This document shows positions 41,522 through 53,773 of a stretch of DNA of 64,000 bases, piece after piece. Below the pieces are notes generated by a model. The model was not told the DNA's origin, made no database searches, and worked only from the letters and a program-made list of their open reading frames with translations. The translations under genes and the position numbers were made by a program. The stretch is from an uncultured Chloroflexia bacterium (GTDB lineage Bacteria > Chloroflexota > Anaerolineae > Anaerolineales > UBA4823): contig CAVUOY010000008.1 in NCBI GenBank assembly GCA_963743215.1, positions 256,275 to 320,274 of the forward strand, in the 5' to 3' direction. Numbering within the stretch: the first letter of the stretch is position 1; every line of letters begins with the position of its first letter.

Positions 41522-42781
41522 TCGTGTAAACTTCCCATGATTGATTCACCTACGCTATAGCCAGATGCCAATGCGATACCCTCCAGAGAACGCTCACGGA
41601 TCGGATCACAATTTCCAAGTGTTCCACCGACTGCGAATAAGTTTTGAAATATAACTCTATTCGAACTATCCACAGGCTGGAATGCTGAGTTGACGCCGAT
41701 CCCGCATCGATTTATCGGGTGGCCCGCTGCACCAAGAAACTCACGGTTGAACCATTGGGATAGGTCCTGGGGAGTTTTGATTGGTAACCCAAATATTGTC
41801 TCGTGCGCATAGCCATTATTGTCAGCGGTGATACCCCCACCAAGAATTCCACCAGTGGCAAGCACATAAGATTTAGCATGGTGGGGATGCATGCGTGAAG
41901 CTGCTTCTGACCAGATTGCGTGAACTGTTTGACCATCATATGTAATCCGATTCACCAGCATACCATTCTGGATGTTTCCATGGTTTCTTTCAATGGCTGT
42001 TTTCATCAGGTTATGCAATCGAACACCAGGAATGGATGGTGGTAACCCGGGTATCTCAAACACGGGTAGATCCAGAGATGATTGAAGATGATCCAAGACG
42101 GCAACAGGGTTTTTTAATCCTAATACTGCGGGGAAGCCAATTCTTCCTACATTACCAAGCCTCGGTTTGAGCGTATCGATTAATTCCTGCCGAAAAACAG
42201 GATCATCGAACAAGCGAGCGAGGGTCATCCCAGTGATAAACTTACGCTTGCGTAAAGAAGGAAAATCGAGCATTAGCTCATGAGCCAAAATTCCCTGTGC
42301 ATTTAAATTGTCGGCAATCAGTGCAGGGAAGAAATCAAGGAATTGGTTGAAGCCGACAATCAGCATAGGAGAATGATCAGCAGTATCACCTGCAATCATT
42401 GTCTGGGGGACAAGGCAGCTAGGTCGAAGTGTGCCAAGTGAAGTAGGGAGCAGAATGTTTCTATCTAACGATCCATGATAAGGATAATTAGATTCTTGGC
42501 ATAAAGTCAGGAATGATTGGATGGCATTTTCGAGGGAGGGCAGTCCAGCAAGGGCATATGGATGATCAGGAGCTGACTTGATCAATTTGCCCAGGAATTC
42601 TATCGGGGATGCGACCTGTTGCATGGTAATCCGGCGGCTGGTAACCACAGACATCGATACAGCCTGTGTTCCAATAGGTTGATCCCCAACCACTGCTAAT
42701 AAGGCTGATTTTATCGCCTCTTACACTCGCCCTCCAGGCTGTTATTAACCCGGATAAACCCGCGCCAATCACAATAACATC
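41518..42781 (-). pseudogene. glpB: Anaerobic glycerol-3-phosphate dehydrogenase subunit B; N-terminus is in frame with glpA and one frameshift lies inside
   Basis: The FAD fingerprint DVIVIGAGLSGLITAWRASVRGDKISLISSGWGSTYWNTGCIDVCGY lies at the 3' end of ORF 42566..44473. The rest (VASPIEFLGKLIKSAPDHPYALAGL... to the C-terminus) is ORF 41518..42693. The join is near 42615..42630 (DYHA|QVASPIEF). Confidence 0.75.
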
Positions 42782-44473
42782 CTGGGGATGGTCTTGGGAT
42801 GATAAACCCTGATTGACCTCAGGAAAGGTAATAGTTGGTGAAATGGATCTGTTTTCTTCAGCAGGTTTAACGTATTCTGGCGATGCAATTATTGAAACCC
42901 GATCATCGGTCAGGCTGGTGAGATTGAGTATGTCTACATAAATGAGTTCATTAAATCGTGCCTGCCGAAGCTGTTGACCCCATAAAATGGGTATATTTCC
43001 TTTCCAGCGTTCCTGTAAAAAATCACGCAAGGTGACATTCGTCTGGCTAATTGGTGGATGCCTGAGGGAATGCATCATCCCAGTAGCCCGGAAGGAACAA
43101 AATGCTCCCTGGCATGGACCCATCCCCAGGCGAGTGGCTCTACGAATGTCATCCAACGTGGCTGCATTTGATTGGACGATAGCCTTCTCTACGTCCAGTA
43201 CTGTAACAAGCTCGCATTCACAGATCAAGCTACCATAAGCCGATGCGCTTTCTATTTTTTCAAGGCGACTACCCAGGTAATGGTGAGTGGTGGTTTCATT
43301 TTGCTGAGAAGGTAATGGTTCTAGATGAGTTCGGCAAGGACGGTCGACTATCAATTTCTCGCAAATTTTATCTGCGGTAACCTGTGCCATTTTGCGATAG
43401 GTGGTCCATTTTCCGCTGGTGATTGTGACCATTCCGTCGACATTATCACGCACGGTGTGATCAAGAAGAACGAACGCTCGGCTGATATCCCGATCCAGCG
43501 TGGAGGCTTCTGACTGAACTAATGGGCGCACTCCCGCCCACACCCTCAGAATCCGAAATTGCTTAAATTGAGGGATAATTTTCTCGCCTTCGTCCAGCAA
43601 CATGCGGATTTCCCAAGGTTCTATCGAATAATGATCCGGATCGGAAACCTTGATATCCGTAGTTCCCATCACTGCAACCGTATGAGCTGGTACCAGAATA
43701 TCTCCATCTGATGGGGGTTTACAACGGTTGATGACCGTGTTCACCACACGATGATTTAGTGCTAGCATCGTTCCTTTTCCCGGAACCATCTCGATATTAA
43801 TTCCAGCAGTATGTGCAATCCTATCAGCCCAAGCTCCGGAAGCGTTTACCACCATGCTGGCGTCTATTTGAACATCTTCATCTTTAATCAGATCATGAGA
43901 TGATGCTCCCACCACAGCCGGAGTACCGGTGGACGAACGATTATTAACCAGCAATTTGTGGACCTCGTGATACGTCAATACCTGGGCACCATACTGGCAT
44001 GCAGATTCAATATTTAATTTAGCTGCGAGAAATGAATCGGCTGAGGCGTCTGGAACCTGGATGCATTGCTGGATCATTGGATCCAGGTATGGTTCAGCCT
44101 TCAGCATCTGGTGAATAGGAATAGATTGTGTTGGAATCCCTGCTTTTTCGCAACCATCTATGAATTGTTGGTAATATGTGGGATCATCGTGGGGGGTCTG
44201 GACAAAGTATCCACCGGTATCCTCGATGCACTGGGGCATAATCCGGCGTAAGATTTGGTTTTCTTCATAGCATTCCCTGGCAGCTTGCGGGTCTTTTACA
44301 GCGTATCTGCCTCCACTATGCAGCAAGCCATGGAATCGTCCGCTAGTCCCATAGGCGAGATCGCGCCTTTCGAGCAAGATACATCGAAACCCACGCATGG
44401 CGAGATCCCGCAAGACGCCTGTGCCAGTGGCACCGCCACCGATCACCAGGATGTCTGTTTGGATCCGTCGCAT
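42782..44473 (-). CDS. glpA: Anaerobic glycerol-3-phosphate dehydrogenase subunit A (no stop codon of its own; reads through into glpB)
   Basis: MRRIQTDILVIGGGATGTGVLRDLAMRGF (FAD motif) and a BFD-like 2Fe-2S motif (CECELV...GMGPCQGAFC) at about aa 418-459. The homology to GlpA (E. coli GlpA is about 540 aa) is used up by about aa 545. Confidence 0.85.
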
Positions 44474-44534
44474 GAGATAACCTTAATTGACCAATGTTGA
44501 ATATTGGACAAATGCCGAGTATACCAATAAATCA

Positions 44535-46046
44535 CTAATCCACCCAATTAAATGTCCTTTCAACCGCCTTTCGCCAACCTTTGTATAACTTCTCTCTCTG
44601 ATCTGGATTCATCTGTGGCTTCCAAATTTGGCTGATTTGCCAATTATGGCGCAAATCATCCAGGTTTTCCCAAAAACCAGTAGCTAGTCCAGCAGCATAG
44701 GCAGCTCCCAAAGCGGTAGTTTCAGCAATTTTTGGTCTAACTACGGTTACTCCCAGGATATCGGCTTGAAACTGCATGAGTAGCTGGTTGAACACCATAC
44801 CACCGTCGACTTTTAAGGTGCTCAGCTTCACACCAGCATCCTGCTCCATCGCATCCAGAACTTCACGCGTCTGGTAAGCCGTGGCTTCAAGCACCGCTCT
44901 TGCCAGATGAGATTTGTTAACATAACGGGTGAGTCCGACAATTACACCTCTGGCATCAGATCGCCAGTATGGGGCGAATAAGCCTGAGAATGCCGGGACA
45001 AAATAGATCCCACCATTGTCATCCACGAGACTGGCGAGGGATTCGATTTCCGCTGAAGTGGAGATCAAACCCAGATTATCACGCATCCATTGGACTAAAG
45101 CACCGCTGATGGCGATTGAGCCTTCCAACGCATACACTGCTGATGTATCACCAAACTGATAAGCCAGGGTAGTTAATAACCCCTGGCTGGAATGGATCAT
45201 CCTGTTTCCCGTGTTGAGCAACATGAAACATCCAGTTCCATAGGTATTTTTGGCTTCACCAGGAGAAAAACAGGTTTGCCCGACTAATGCAGCCTGTTGA
45301 TCACCCAAATCACCACAGATGGGGATCACATCTCCAAATACTCCATCTTTCAGGGTGGTGCCATAAAAATGGGGATTACTGGAAGGGAGGATGCAGGGTA
45401 ACATGGGTCGAGGTATATTAAGGGTATTAAGGATTTCTTCATCCCAATCCAGGGATGCCAGGTTCATCAGCATTGTTCGGCTGGCATTACTGACATCGGT
45501 TATATGCACACCATGATTTGACCCACCCGTCAACCACCAGATGATCCAGCTATCAATGTTTCCAAAGATAGCTTTCCCACGTTCTGCAGCTGAGCGTAAT
45601 CCGGGGATATTGTTCAACATCCATTGGATTTTTGGACCTGAAAAATATGTGGCGAGGGGTAAACCAACCTTATTCCTGAAGCGATCTTGACCTCCATCCC
45701 TGGCAAGCCCATCACAAATCGATTTTGTACGGGTGTCTTGCCAAACGATGGCATTACAGTAGGGCTTACCAGTTTCTCGATCCCATACCAGGGCAGTTTC
45801 GCGTTGATTGGTAACACCTATTGCTGCGATTTCACCTGGAGCGATTTTTCCTGTCAATATAACGTCTTGGATAACTTCCTGTGTACGCTGCCAGATCTCA
45901 AGCGGGTCGTGTTCGACCCAACCGGGTTCAGGATAGATCTGTTTATGTTCTCTCTGAGCAGAATATATAATCTGACCACTATGGTCAAATAGGATGCAAC
46001 GCGTGCTGGTAGTTCCCTGATCTATTGCGGCGATATATTTGTTCAT
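44535..46046 (-). CDS. glpK: Glycerol kinase
   Basis: [27 protein letters not shown] and a FGGY-family length (503 aa). Confidence 0.9.
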   Translation of the reverse strand: MNKYIAAIDQGTTSTRCILFDHSGQIIYSAQREHKQIYPEPGWVEHDPLEIWQRTQEVIQDVILTGKIAPGEIAAIGVTNQRETALVWDRETGKPYCNAIVWQDTRTKSICDGLARDGGQDRFRNKVGLPLATYFSGPKIQWMLNNIPGLRSAAERGKAIFGNIDSWIIWWLTGGSNHGVHITDVSNASRTMLMNLASLDWDEEILNTLNIPRPMLPCILPSSNPHFYGTTLKDGVFGDVIPICGDLGDQQAALVGQTCFSPGEAKNTYGTGCFMLLNTGNRMIHSSQGLLTTLAYQFGDTSAVYALEGSIAISGALVQWMRDNLGLISTSAEIESLASLVDDNGGIYFVPAFSGLFAPYWRSDARGVIVGLTRYVNKSHLARAVLEATAYQTREVLDAMEQDAGVKLSTLKVDGGMVFNQLLMQFQADILGVTVVRPKIAETTALGAAYAAGLATGFWENLDDLRHNWQISQIWKPQMNPDQREKLYKGWRKAVERTFNWVD

Positions 46047-46093
46047 AAATATCTATGTCGGATGAAGGTTTTTATTATGTTTTCATCAGAAAG

Positions 46094-47422
<1,329 letters not shown>

Positions 47423-47444
47423 CTTCAAGCTCCATATAATTGGT

Positions 47445-48441
47445 TTATTGGAAACGGATCGCTACAGAGGCAGATAATTGGGCAGACTTATATAAAGCTT
47501 CAATCGTCATTATATTTAGCCCGGCTATCATTTAAGCTGATGCGAGCTGGCTGATTATATAATATCGCATTTTCTATATCTTCTATTTCGCCTTGATAAA
47601 GCTCGGGACCTTTGATCGTAATTTTCCGTTCCTGCCCTTCGTGTTGAAGAATTATATTGGTCCGTTTGCCAGGTTTATATGGCTCAGGGATCAGGATCCT
47701 GCCTGTTTCCCCTGTTATTTCCATTTCAGCTTTTCTCTCCGTGATGAAGCTGCAATCAAATTGAGCCATTACCCCTTCAGGGAAGAGCATTTGCCCAACA
47801 TACATCAGGTCTATTCCCGTTGGACCAGTCACCTGGTGACCAAAGACTTCTAGCGGTGCATTGCCTGTCAGGTAACGCGCATAACCGATTGGATAACAAC
47901 CAACATCCCACAAGCTACCTCCACCCAGGGTAGGATCAAAGCGAACATCACCCACCCGTGTATTGAAATAGCAGAATGAACCGCGAATGAGCTGGAGCTT
48001 TCCAATTTCGCCATTATCAACCATCTGTTTCACCATCATCGTTTGAGGGTGGTGACGGTACATGAATGCCTCTGTGATAATTTTCCCAGTTTTTTGGGCT
48101 ACATCAATAACAGCGTCTGCATCACGTAGACTGGTAGTTAATGGTTTTTCGCACAGGACATGCTTCCCCATTTGTAGGGCTTTGATAGACCATTCTGCAT
48201 GCAGGGAGTTTGGCAACGAGATATAGATTACATCGATCTCTGGATCTGCTAATAAATCTTCATAACTTGAATGAATGCGTGGAATGCCCCAGGAAGCAGC
48301 ATACTCGGAAGCTTTTTCTTTTGAACGGCTGGCAACTGCGACTAATTCACTATATTTGGATGAGCGGATGGGCGAGATGATTGCCCGGTTTATTCGAGCT
48401 GTACTTAACAGTCCCCAACGCAAACATCTGATTTCAGACAT
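47445..48441 (-). pseudogene. Gfo/Idh/MocA-family NAD(P)-dependent oxidoreductase, C-terminal frameshift
   Basis: LRWGLLSTARINRAIISPI (Rossmann fold) and VLCEKPLTTSL. ORF 47500..48441 ends ...SLNDSRAKYNDD*. The next frame reads NIMTIEALYKSAQLSASVAIRFQ* (stop 47445..47447), which is the usual family C-terminus. The shift is at the AAA run 47515..47517. Confidence 0.8.
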
Positions 48442-48449
48442 TATTCTTA

Positions 48450-48455
48450 ATTATA
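48450..48455 (-). promoter_or_regulatory. -10 hexamer TATAAT placed 8 nt upstream of the Gfo/Idh/MocA ATG (leaderless arrangement)
   Basis: The minus strand reads TATAAT-taagaata-ATG. There is no SD. Confidence 0.4.
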
Positions 48456-48487
48456 CACGCCAACCATTGCTTTCATTTTCATTTGAG

Positions 48488-48493
48488 TATAAT
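48488..48493 (+). promoter_or_regulatory. -10 hexamer TATAAT placed 9 nt upstream of the helicase ATG (near-leaderless arrangement)
   Basis: The plus strand reads TATAAT-accctgcat-ATG (48503). TTGCTT at 48467..48472 is a possible -35 with a short 15-nt spacer. Confidence 0.35.
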
Positions 48494-48502
48494 ACCCTGC
48501 AT

Positions 48503-51091
48503 ATGACACTATCAACGTTATTAGCTCGATGGAGATCAGACCCTCAGGTGGGGCCAAATTTGGTCGAATGGCGTCGATTACCTGGGAAGAAAGCTCAATT
48601 TGTGCCTATTCCATCAGGGGTGCATGCACTCTTGAAAGAAGCATTGGAAGCTCACGGGATCCGTTCACTTTATACGCACCAAGCGTCTGCTTTCACATCT
48701 ATCAACAATGGAAAAAACGTCGTCATTGTAACCGGAACTGCCAGCGGGAAGACATTGTGCTATAACCTACCGGTATTAAATCATTTACTTAATGATCCTG
48801 ATGCGACCGCACTATATTTATTTCCAACGAAAGCTTTATCGCAAGACCAATATTCGGTTTTAAAATCCTTATTGTCGCAAATCTCTGCATCTATGGAATC
48901 AGTAGATTTTCGTGAAGATGCTCCAGCGGCAATAAAATGTGCAATTTATGACGGGGACACTCCCGTAAACGTGCGATCGGCGCTTCGCAGTCAGGCACGG
49001 GTGATTCTAACCAATCCAGATATGCTGCATACGGGTATCCTGCCGCACCACACTGGATGGGCTCAATTCTTCCGGGGACTTAGATTTGTGGTGATCGATG
49101 AGATCCACACCTACCGAGGTGTCTTCGGCTCGCACGTCGCCAATGTAATCCGTAGATTAAAGCGTATCGCTAATTTTTACGGCGCTACGCCACAATTCAT
49201 CCTGACGTCAGCCACAATTGGCAATCCGGACGAATTAGGTAAGCGAATGATCAATGAGCCAGTGACATTGATCGACAATGATGGGGCTGAAAAAGGAGAG
49301 AAGCATTTTCTGATCTACAATCCTCCAATCATTGATAAAAGCCTGGGATTACGCCGAAGTGCCATTCAAGCTGGGGTGAACCTGGCAGAAGATTTGTTAG
49401 CATATAACTTGCAAACCATCGTATTTAGCCGGGCCCGGCGAACGGTGGAAATCATCCTGACTTATTTGAGAGAACAATCCAGCGGTGCTAATTTAGAGAA
49501 ATCTATTCAAAAAGGGAAAGCAAGCGATATCATCCGGGGGTATCGTTCCGGATATTTGCCTGGACAACGCCGGGCGATTGAAGAAGGATTACGCAAAGGA
49601 GATGTGCGGGTTGTTGTAGCGACTAACGCCCTTGAGTTGGGGATCGATATTGGTGGGATGGAAGCCGCGCTAATGATAGGCTACCCTGGCACCATCGCGG
49701 CTACATGGCAGGAAGCTGGACGCGCAGGCCGTGGGGAAAACGCTTCCCTGGCAGTAATGGTTGCCTCGCCGAATCCGCTGGATCAATACCTGGCGCAACA
49801 TCCGGATTATTTTTTCAGCCACTCTCCAGAACACGGGATGATCAATCCGGATAATTTGCTCATTTTATTGGGTCACTTACGTTGTGCTGCTTTCGAGCTG
49901 CCATTTTCCAACGGTGAAGTATATGGATCGATCAATCCATCGGAAATGCACGAATTATTGGAATTTCTGCAGGGTGAAGGAGTGATCCATCGATCTGGGA
50001 GCAAATATTTTTGGATGGCAGATAAATACCCTGCTCAGAATGTATCGTTACGTAGTGCATCGACAGAAACCGTGTTATTGCAGGTGCCCGTCGATGAAGA
50101 AGAGCGTGGAAAGTCAGTGCTGACGATCGGTGAGGTGGATGGATCGAGCTCGTATTGGATGACGCACCCAGGTGCGGTGTATATGCATGAAGGGTCAACT
50201 TACCTGGTGAAAGAGCTTGATCTTGAGAATCATATCGCCATTCTGCAACCGACCAACGTGGATTACTACACTGAGCCACGCCAGGAAGTGATCGTCCAAC
50301 AGGTGGAGAAATTAGCAGAAGCGGAAATATCTGGAGGTAAAAAAGCTTATGGTGAAGTTCAGGTTACCTCACAGGTGATAGGGTTTCGAAAAATCAGATG
50401 GCACACCAATGAAACATTGGGAAATGAGAATTTAAGTTTACCCCCTACTGAATTATTAACTACAGGCTACTGGCTATCTTTATCCGACGAGACCGTGGGA
50501 AAGCTCAAGGATGAAGGATTATGGTCAAACGCCCCTAACGACTACGGTTCCAACTGGCAAAGACAAAAAGACATGGCGCGAGCTCGGGATGGATACCGCT
50601 GCCAGATCTGTGGAACACCCGAGGGCGATAAATCCCATCATGTGCATCATAAAATACCCTTCAGGATGTTCGAGAATGCTTCTCAAGCCAACCAGCTGGC
50701 AAATTTGATCACTGTGTGTAATTCATGCCATCGCAAGATTGAGACCGCAGTGCGGGTAAGGAGCGGGTTAGCAGGGCTGGCATTTACTTTGGGGAATTTA
50801 GCACCTCTTTTCTTAATGTGTGACATCGGCGATCTTGGAATCCACTCAGATCCGCAATCATCATTGGCTGAAGGAAAACCTGCAGTGATATTGTACGACC
50901 TGATCCCTGGTGGAATTGGCTTGAGTGAAAGATTATATGATATCCATGCAGATTTAATGCAACGGGGGCGGGAGCTGGTAGAAGCTTGCCAATGTGAAGA
51001 CGGTTGCCCTTCTTGTGTTGGTCCAGGGGGTGAAGGAGGGTTGGGTGGTAAACGTGAGACACTAGCGCTATTAAAGGAATTAGCGAAGTGA
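48503..51091 (+). CDS. MrfA/YprA-like DEAD/DEAH-box helicase with a C-terminal DUF1998 (MZB) zinc domain and an inserted HNH nuclease motif
   Basis: The start is MTLSTLLARWRSDPQV. Helicase motifs are VTGTASGKTLCYNLP and VVIDEIHTYRGVFGSH. The HNH-like module reads CQICG...HVHHKIPF...NLITVCNSCHRKIE (50600..50743). The Cys4 cluster CQCEDGCPSC lies at 50987..51016. Confidence 0.8.
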   Translation: MTLSTLLARWRSDPQVGPNLVEWRRLPGKKAQFVPIPSGVHALLKEALEAHGIRSLYTHQASAFTSINNGKNVVIVTGTASGKTLCYNLPVLNHLLNDPDATALYLFPTKALSQDQYSVLKSLLSQISASMESVDFREDAPAAIKCAIYDGDTPVNVRSALRSQARVILTNPDMLHTGILPHHTGWAQFFRGLRFVVIDEIHTYRGVFGSHVANVIRRLKRIANFYGATPQFILTSATIGNPDELGKRMINEPVTLIDNDGAEKGEKHFLIYNPPIIDKSLGLRRSAIQAGVNLAEDLLAYNLQTIVFSRARRTVEIILTYLREQSSGANLEKSIQKGKASDIIRGYRSGYLPGQRRAIEEGLRKGDVRVVVATNALELGIDIGGMEAALMIGYPGTIAATWQEAGRAGRGENASLAVMVASPNPLDQYLAQHPDYFFSHSPEHGMINPDNLLILLGHLRCAAFELPFSNGEVYGSINPSEMHELLEFLQGEGVIHRSGSKYFWMADKYPAQNVSLRSASTETVLLQVPVDEEERGKSVLTIGEVDGSSSYWMTHPGAVYMHEGSTYLVKELDLENHIAILQPTNVDYYTEPRQEVIVQQVEKLAEAEISGGKKAYGEVQVTSQVIGFRKIRWHTNETLGNENLSLPPTELLTTGYWLSLSDETVGKLKDEGLWSNAPNDYGSNWQRQKDMARARDGYRCQICGTPEGDKSHHVHHKIPFRMFENASQANQLANLITVCNSCHRKIETAVRVRSGLAGLAFTLGNLAPLFLMCDIGDLGIHSDPQSSLAEGKPAVILYDLIPGGIGLSERLYDIHADLMQRGRELVEACQCEDGCPSCVGPGGEGGLGGKRETLALLKELAK

Positions 51092-51184
51092 TAAAGTAAT
51101 CGGTGGGCTTGGGTCTACCTGGTAGGGAAATTAAGGCAGTGCAAGAGCAGTAAGCTTAATTTCGATACTCGGAATATTGTTCGA

Positions 51185-53052
51185 TTATTTATTCACCAGA
51201 AATAGAGACTTTGAAAATATATTGGCGAAGTTGGGATAAGTGGAGAGCTCGATGTATTTCACCCGGTTGGCAATATCTTCAGCTAGAGCGCGTTGACGAA
51301 CGGAGACGAGCATTTGCCTGGCACCAGCACCAGCAGCATTCCCCACCTGTTGAAATCGCTCAATAGGAAGGGAAGGAAACATACCTATCTGGATGGCACT
51401 GGGGATATTGATATAAGTACCAAAAGCTCCCGCAATAATAAATTCCTCAATTGCATCTGCAGAGAGCCCTGCCTCTTCCAACAGAACCTCGATCCCAGTA
51501 CGGATTGCTCCTTTGGCAAGCTGGATTTCGTTCACATCCTGGCGTGTGATGACCAGGTCGTGACCGGAACCGGTGTGTAAACTATCGACGAGGAGAAATT
51601 CGCGCCGATGATCAGTCTGCCTGATGGATGGATGAGTGGCTAATAAAGAGCCACGGTGATCCAGCACACCGATTTGAACCATGCAGGCAATCGCATCCAG
51701 AATACCAGAACCGCAAATACCCACTGGGAGGACATTATCAATTGTTTTAGTATGCAATACATCCTGGATGATCTGCACACGTTCGATGGCACCTGGAGCA
51801 GCGCGCATACCGGCAGTTATGTGAGCGCCTTCAAAAGCTGGACCGGAAGCGCAAGAACATGATGTTAATTGCTGATTGTGAACCAGTGAGATTTCTGTAT
51901 TTGTACCAATATCCAAGGCGATAGCCGTTTTATTACTCGACCAAATTCCTGTTGATAACAACATTGATACATGATCTGCGCCGACATAACCAGCTATATT
52001 AGGGGGGAGATATATTTTTGCGCCTGGTGCAATATCAAACCCAATTCTATTGGCATCCATTTCCAATGATTCACTGACTGCAGGAACGTACGGCGCCACA
52101 CCCAGCTGATGCACTGGCAAGCCAGCGAATAAATGATGCATGGCTGTATTACCTACCACAACGGCTTCGACGATTTGAGCAGGAGTGACAGGTCGATTAA
52201 TTTCGGATGCCTCCAGGCATAACTGAATAACCAGCTGGTTTAAAGTATCGACCAAGCCTGGATTGAAGCATTTTCCTACCGCCAGTAACATTATCCGAAT
52301 AACTGATCCGGCTAATGACATCTTCGCCGAATGCGGTTTGAGGATTCATTGCACCAGCTTTGGCGAGGATGGCACCGGAGGTCAAATCGCACAGGTAGGC
52401 TGCCAATTTAGTTGTACCCACATCGACAGCCAAACCTAAAAGAGGTGTGGAGGGCGGTAAGACTGCGACAACTGAACCTTTGCGCATAGCCAATGTTGAT
52501 TGCCAATGATAATTTCTTATAAGTGGCGATATTTCATCCAGAACCGCAGCTGAAAATTCAATCGGCTCTTGAAGACCTGTATGCAAAAGCGCCTGGCGTA
52601 CACGGACAGTATCTGATCGCAAATCATTTATCGTTGGCTCAGGAATACTCAAGCTCGATGGGAATTACTGCTGGATCGACCTGCACAACCTGTCCTTGAC
52701 CTTCAATTTGCAATCTTTGGGGTGCGGTAAGTGATTCTGGAGGGATTTCGATGGTCAAATCGCTTTGGGGATAGGATTGGCAGGCTAATCTATATCCGGA
52801 GCTCAATTCCTGCTCAGTAAAAATTGCCTGTTCTTCTAAAGTTGGTGCTGATAGCGTGCCATTAATCAAGCGGATTTTACAACTGTCACAAATACCAATG
52901 CCTCCACATATCGAGGCGATATCGATTCCAGCTCCTTGAGCAGAATTTAGTAATGAAACACTGCTACTTGTTGTGACCCTTCTTCCAATCGGCTGGAAAT
53001 TTATGGTATGTTCGCTATTATTTGGCATAGTGATTTTGATATTTACATACAC
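51185..53052 (-). pseudogene. RACo-like corrinoid activation/regeneration protein (2Fe-2S ferredoxin + ASKHA ATPase, DUF4445), two frameshifts
   Basis: Three ORFs make up the gene. 52639..53052 is a plant-type ferredoxin (CGGIGICDSCKIRL...ACQSY). 52197..52652 has GLAVDVGTTKLAAYLCDL and NPQTAFGEDVISRISY. 51185..52321 has VVGNTAMHHLFAGLP...DIGTNTEISL...CGSGILDA. The joins are near 52645..52655 (IEL|SIPEPTINDL) and 52260..52266 (MLQSRL|VDTLNQLV). The start is GTG 53052 or ATG 53028. Confidence 0.75.
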
Positions 53053-53725
53053 CCTTCAAGCTACAATAATCACACGATGATCCAATCGCAGAAACATCTT
53101 CTCCGATGCCAAGCACCATGGATAAGGATTTATTAGGGGTCATCATGCAGGATTCGGTTAAGGATACCTGGATCTGCTCACTATCCAGTAATGAAAAAAT
53201 CTGTGGTTGTCCCTCTTCCACTGACCATCCGACCATACCTGGATTTAATGGCATGGTCGTATTTAATCCAACAGCCTTAACCTGGATCTCAAAATAATTA
53301 CAGGCCTGGATGGCTAATTTCTCAACCGCAGCTGATCCTACACCATCTAACGCCAAACCACGCAAAGGATCTACCTTGAATAGGCTGGAAACAGTATCAT
53401 CAAGCTCACTCCCAATGGTACACAAGATAACGATAATACTTTGAGACGGTGCCAGATGCTGGGCAATCAAGTCGCCAGATAAATATGCTTTTTCGGAAGT
53501 GCTGGAATTTGAAATTAGCTCCAGGCGATTGTGTTTGAAACCTTTTACTGAATACTTTTCATATAAGACAAGTGGATGGAGAATGGAAATCCCACTTGTG
53601 ATGGCTTGATCGGTGCTCGTGATCAATGCTGGTCGACGTAAGCGGAGTGCTTCAGGGTCTGCTCCCTGTGCACGAAGGACTTCGTCTGTTGATATTGATA
53701 TTTCCCATTTATCGAGGATAGGCAT
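53018..53725 (-). CDS. Protein with a methionine-synthase B12 activation-domain-like fold (Met_synt_B12 family)
   Basis: 235 aa. LCTIGSELDD, ALDGVGSAAVEKLAIQACNYF and PLNPGMVGWSVEEGQPQIFSLLDSEQIQVSLTESCMMTPNKSLSMVLGIG follow the pattern of stand-alone activation-domain proteins. The assignment is from memory. Confidence 0.6.
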   Translation of the reverse strand: MPILDKWEISISTDEVLRAQGADPEALRLRRPALITSTDQAITSGISILHPLVLYEKYSVKGFKHNRLELISNSSTSEKAYLSGDLIAQHLAPSQSIIVILCTIGSELDDTVSSLFKVDPLRGLALDGVGSAAVEKLAIQACNYFEIQVKAVGLNTTMPLNPGMVGWSVEEGQPQIFSLLDSEQIQVSLTESCMMTPNKSLSMVLGIGEDVSAIGSSCDYCSLKGVCKYQNHYAK

Positions 53726-53773
53726 AATTAGATCAAACCCATGAATGAATTGTTAAGTTTTAGTTATTAACGC

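Noticed and set aside
48503-51091. DISARM- or Druantia-like defence island around the helicase-DUF1998 gene
   Set aside because: There is no methyltransferase, PLD nuclease, SNF2 or large DruA-D-like partner gene. The neighbours are a sugar operon and a corrinoid-activation operon, so the gene looks like a stand-alone MrfA/YprA-type helicase. The HNH insert is still reported separately.
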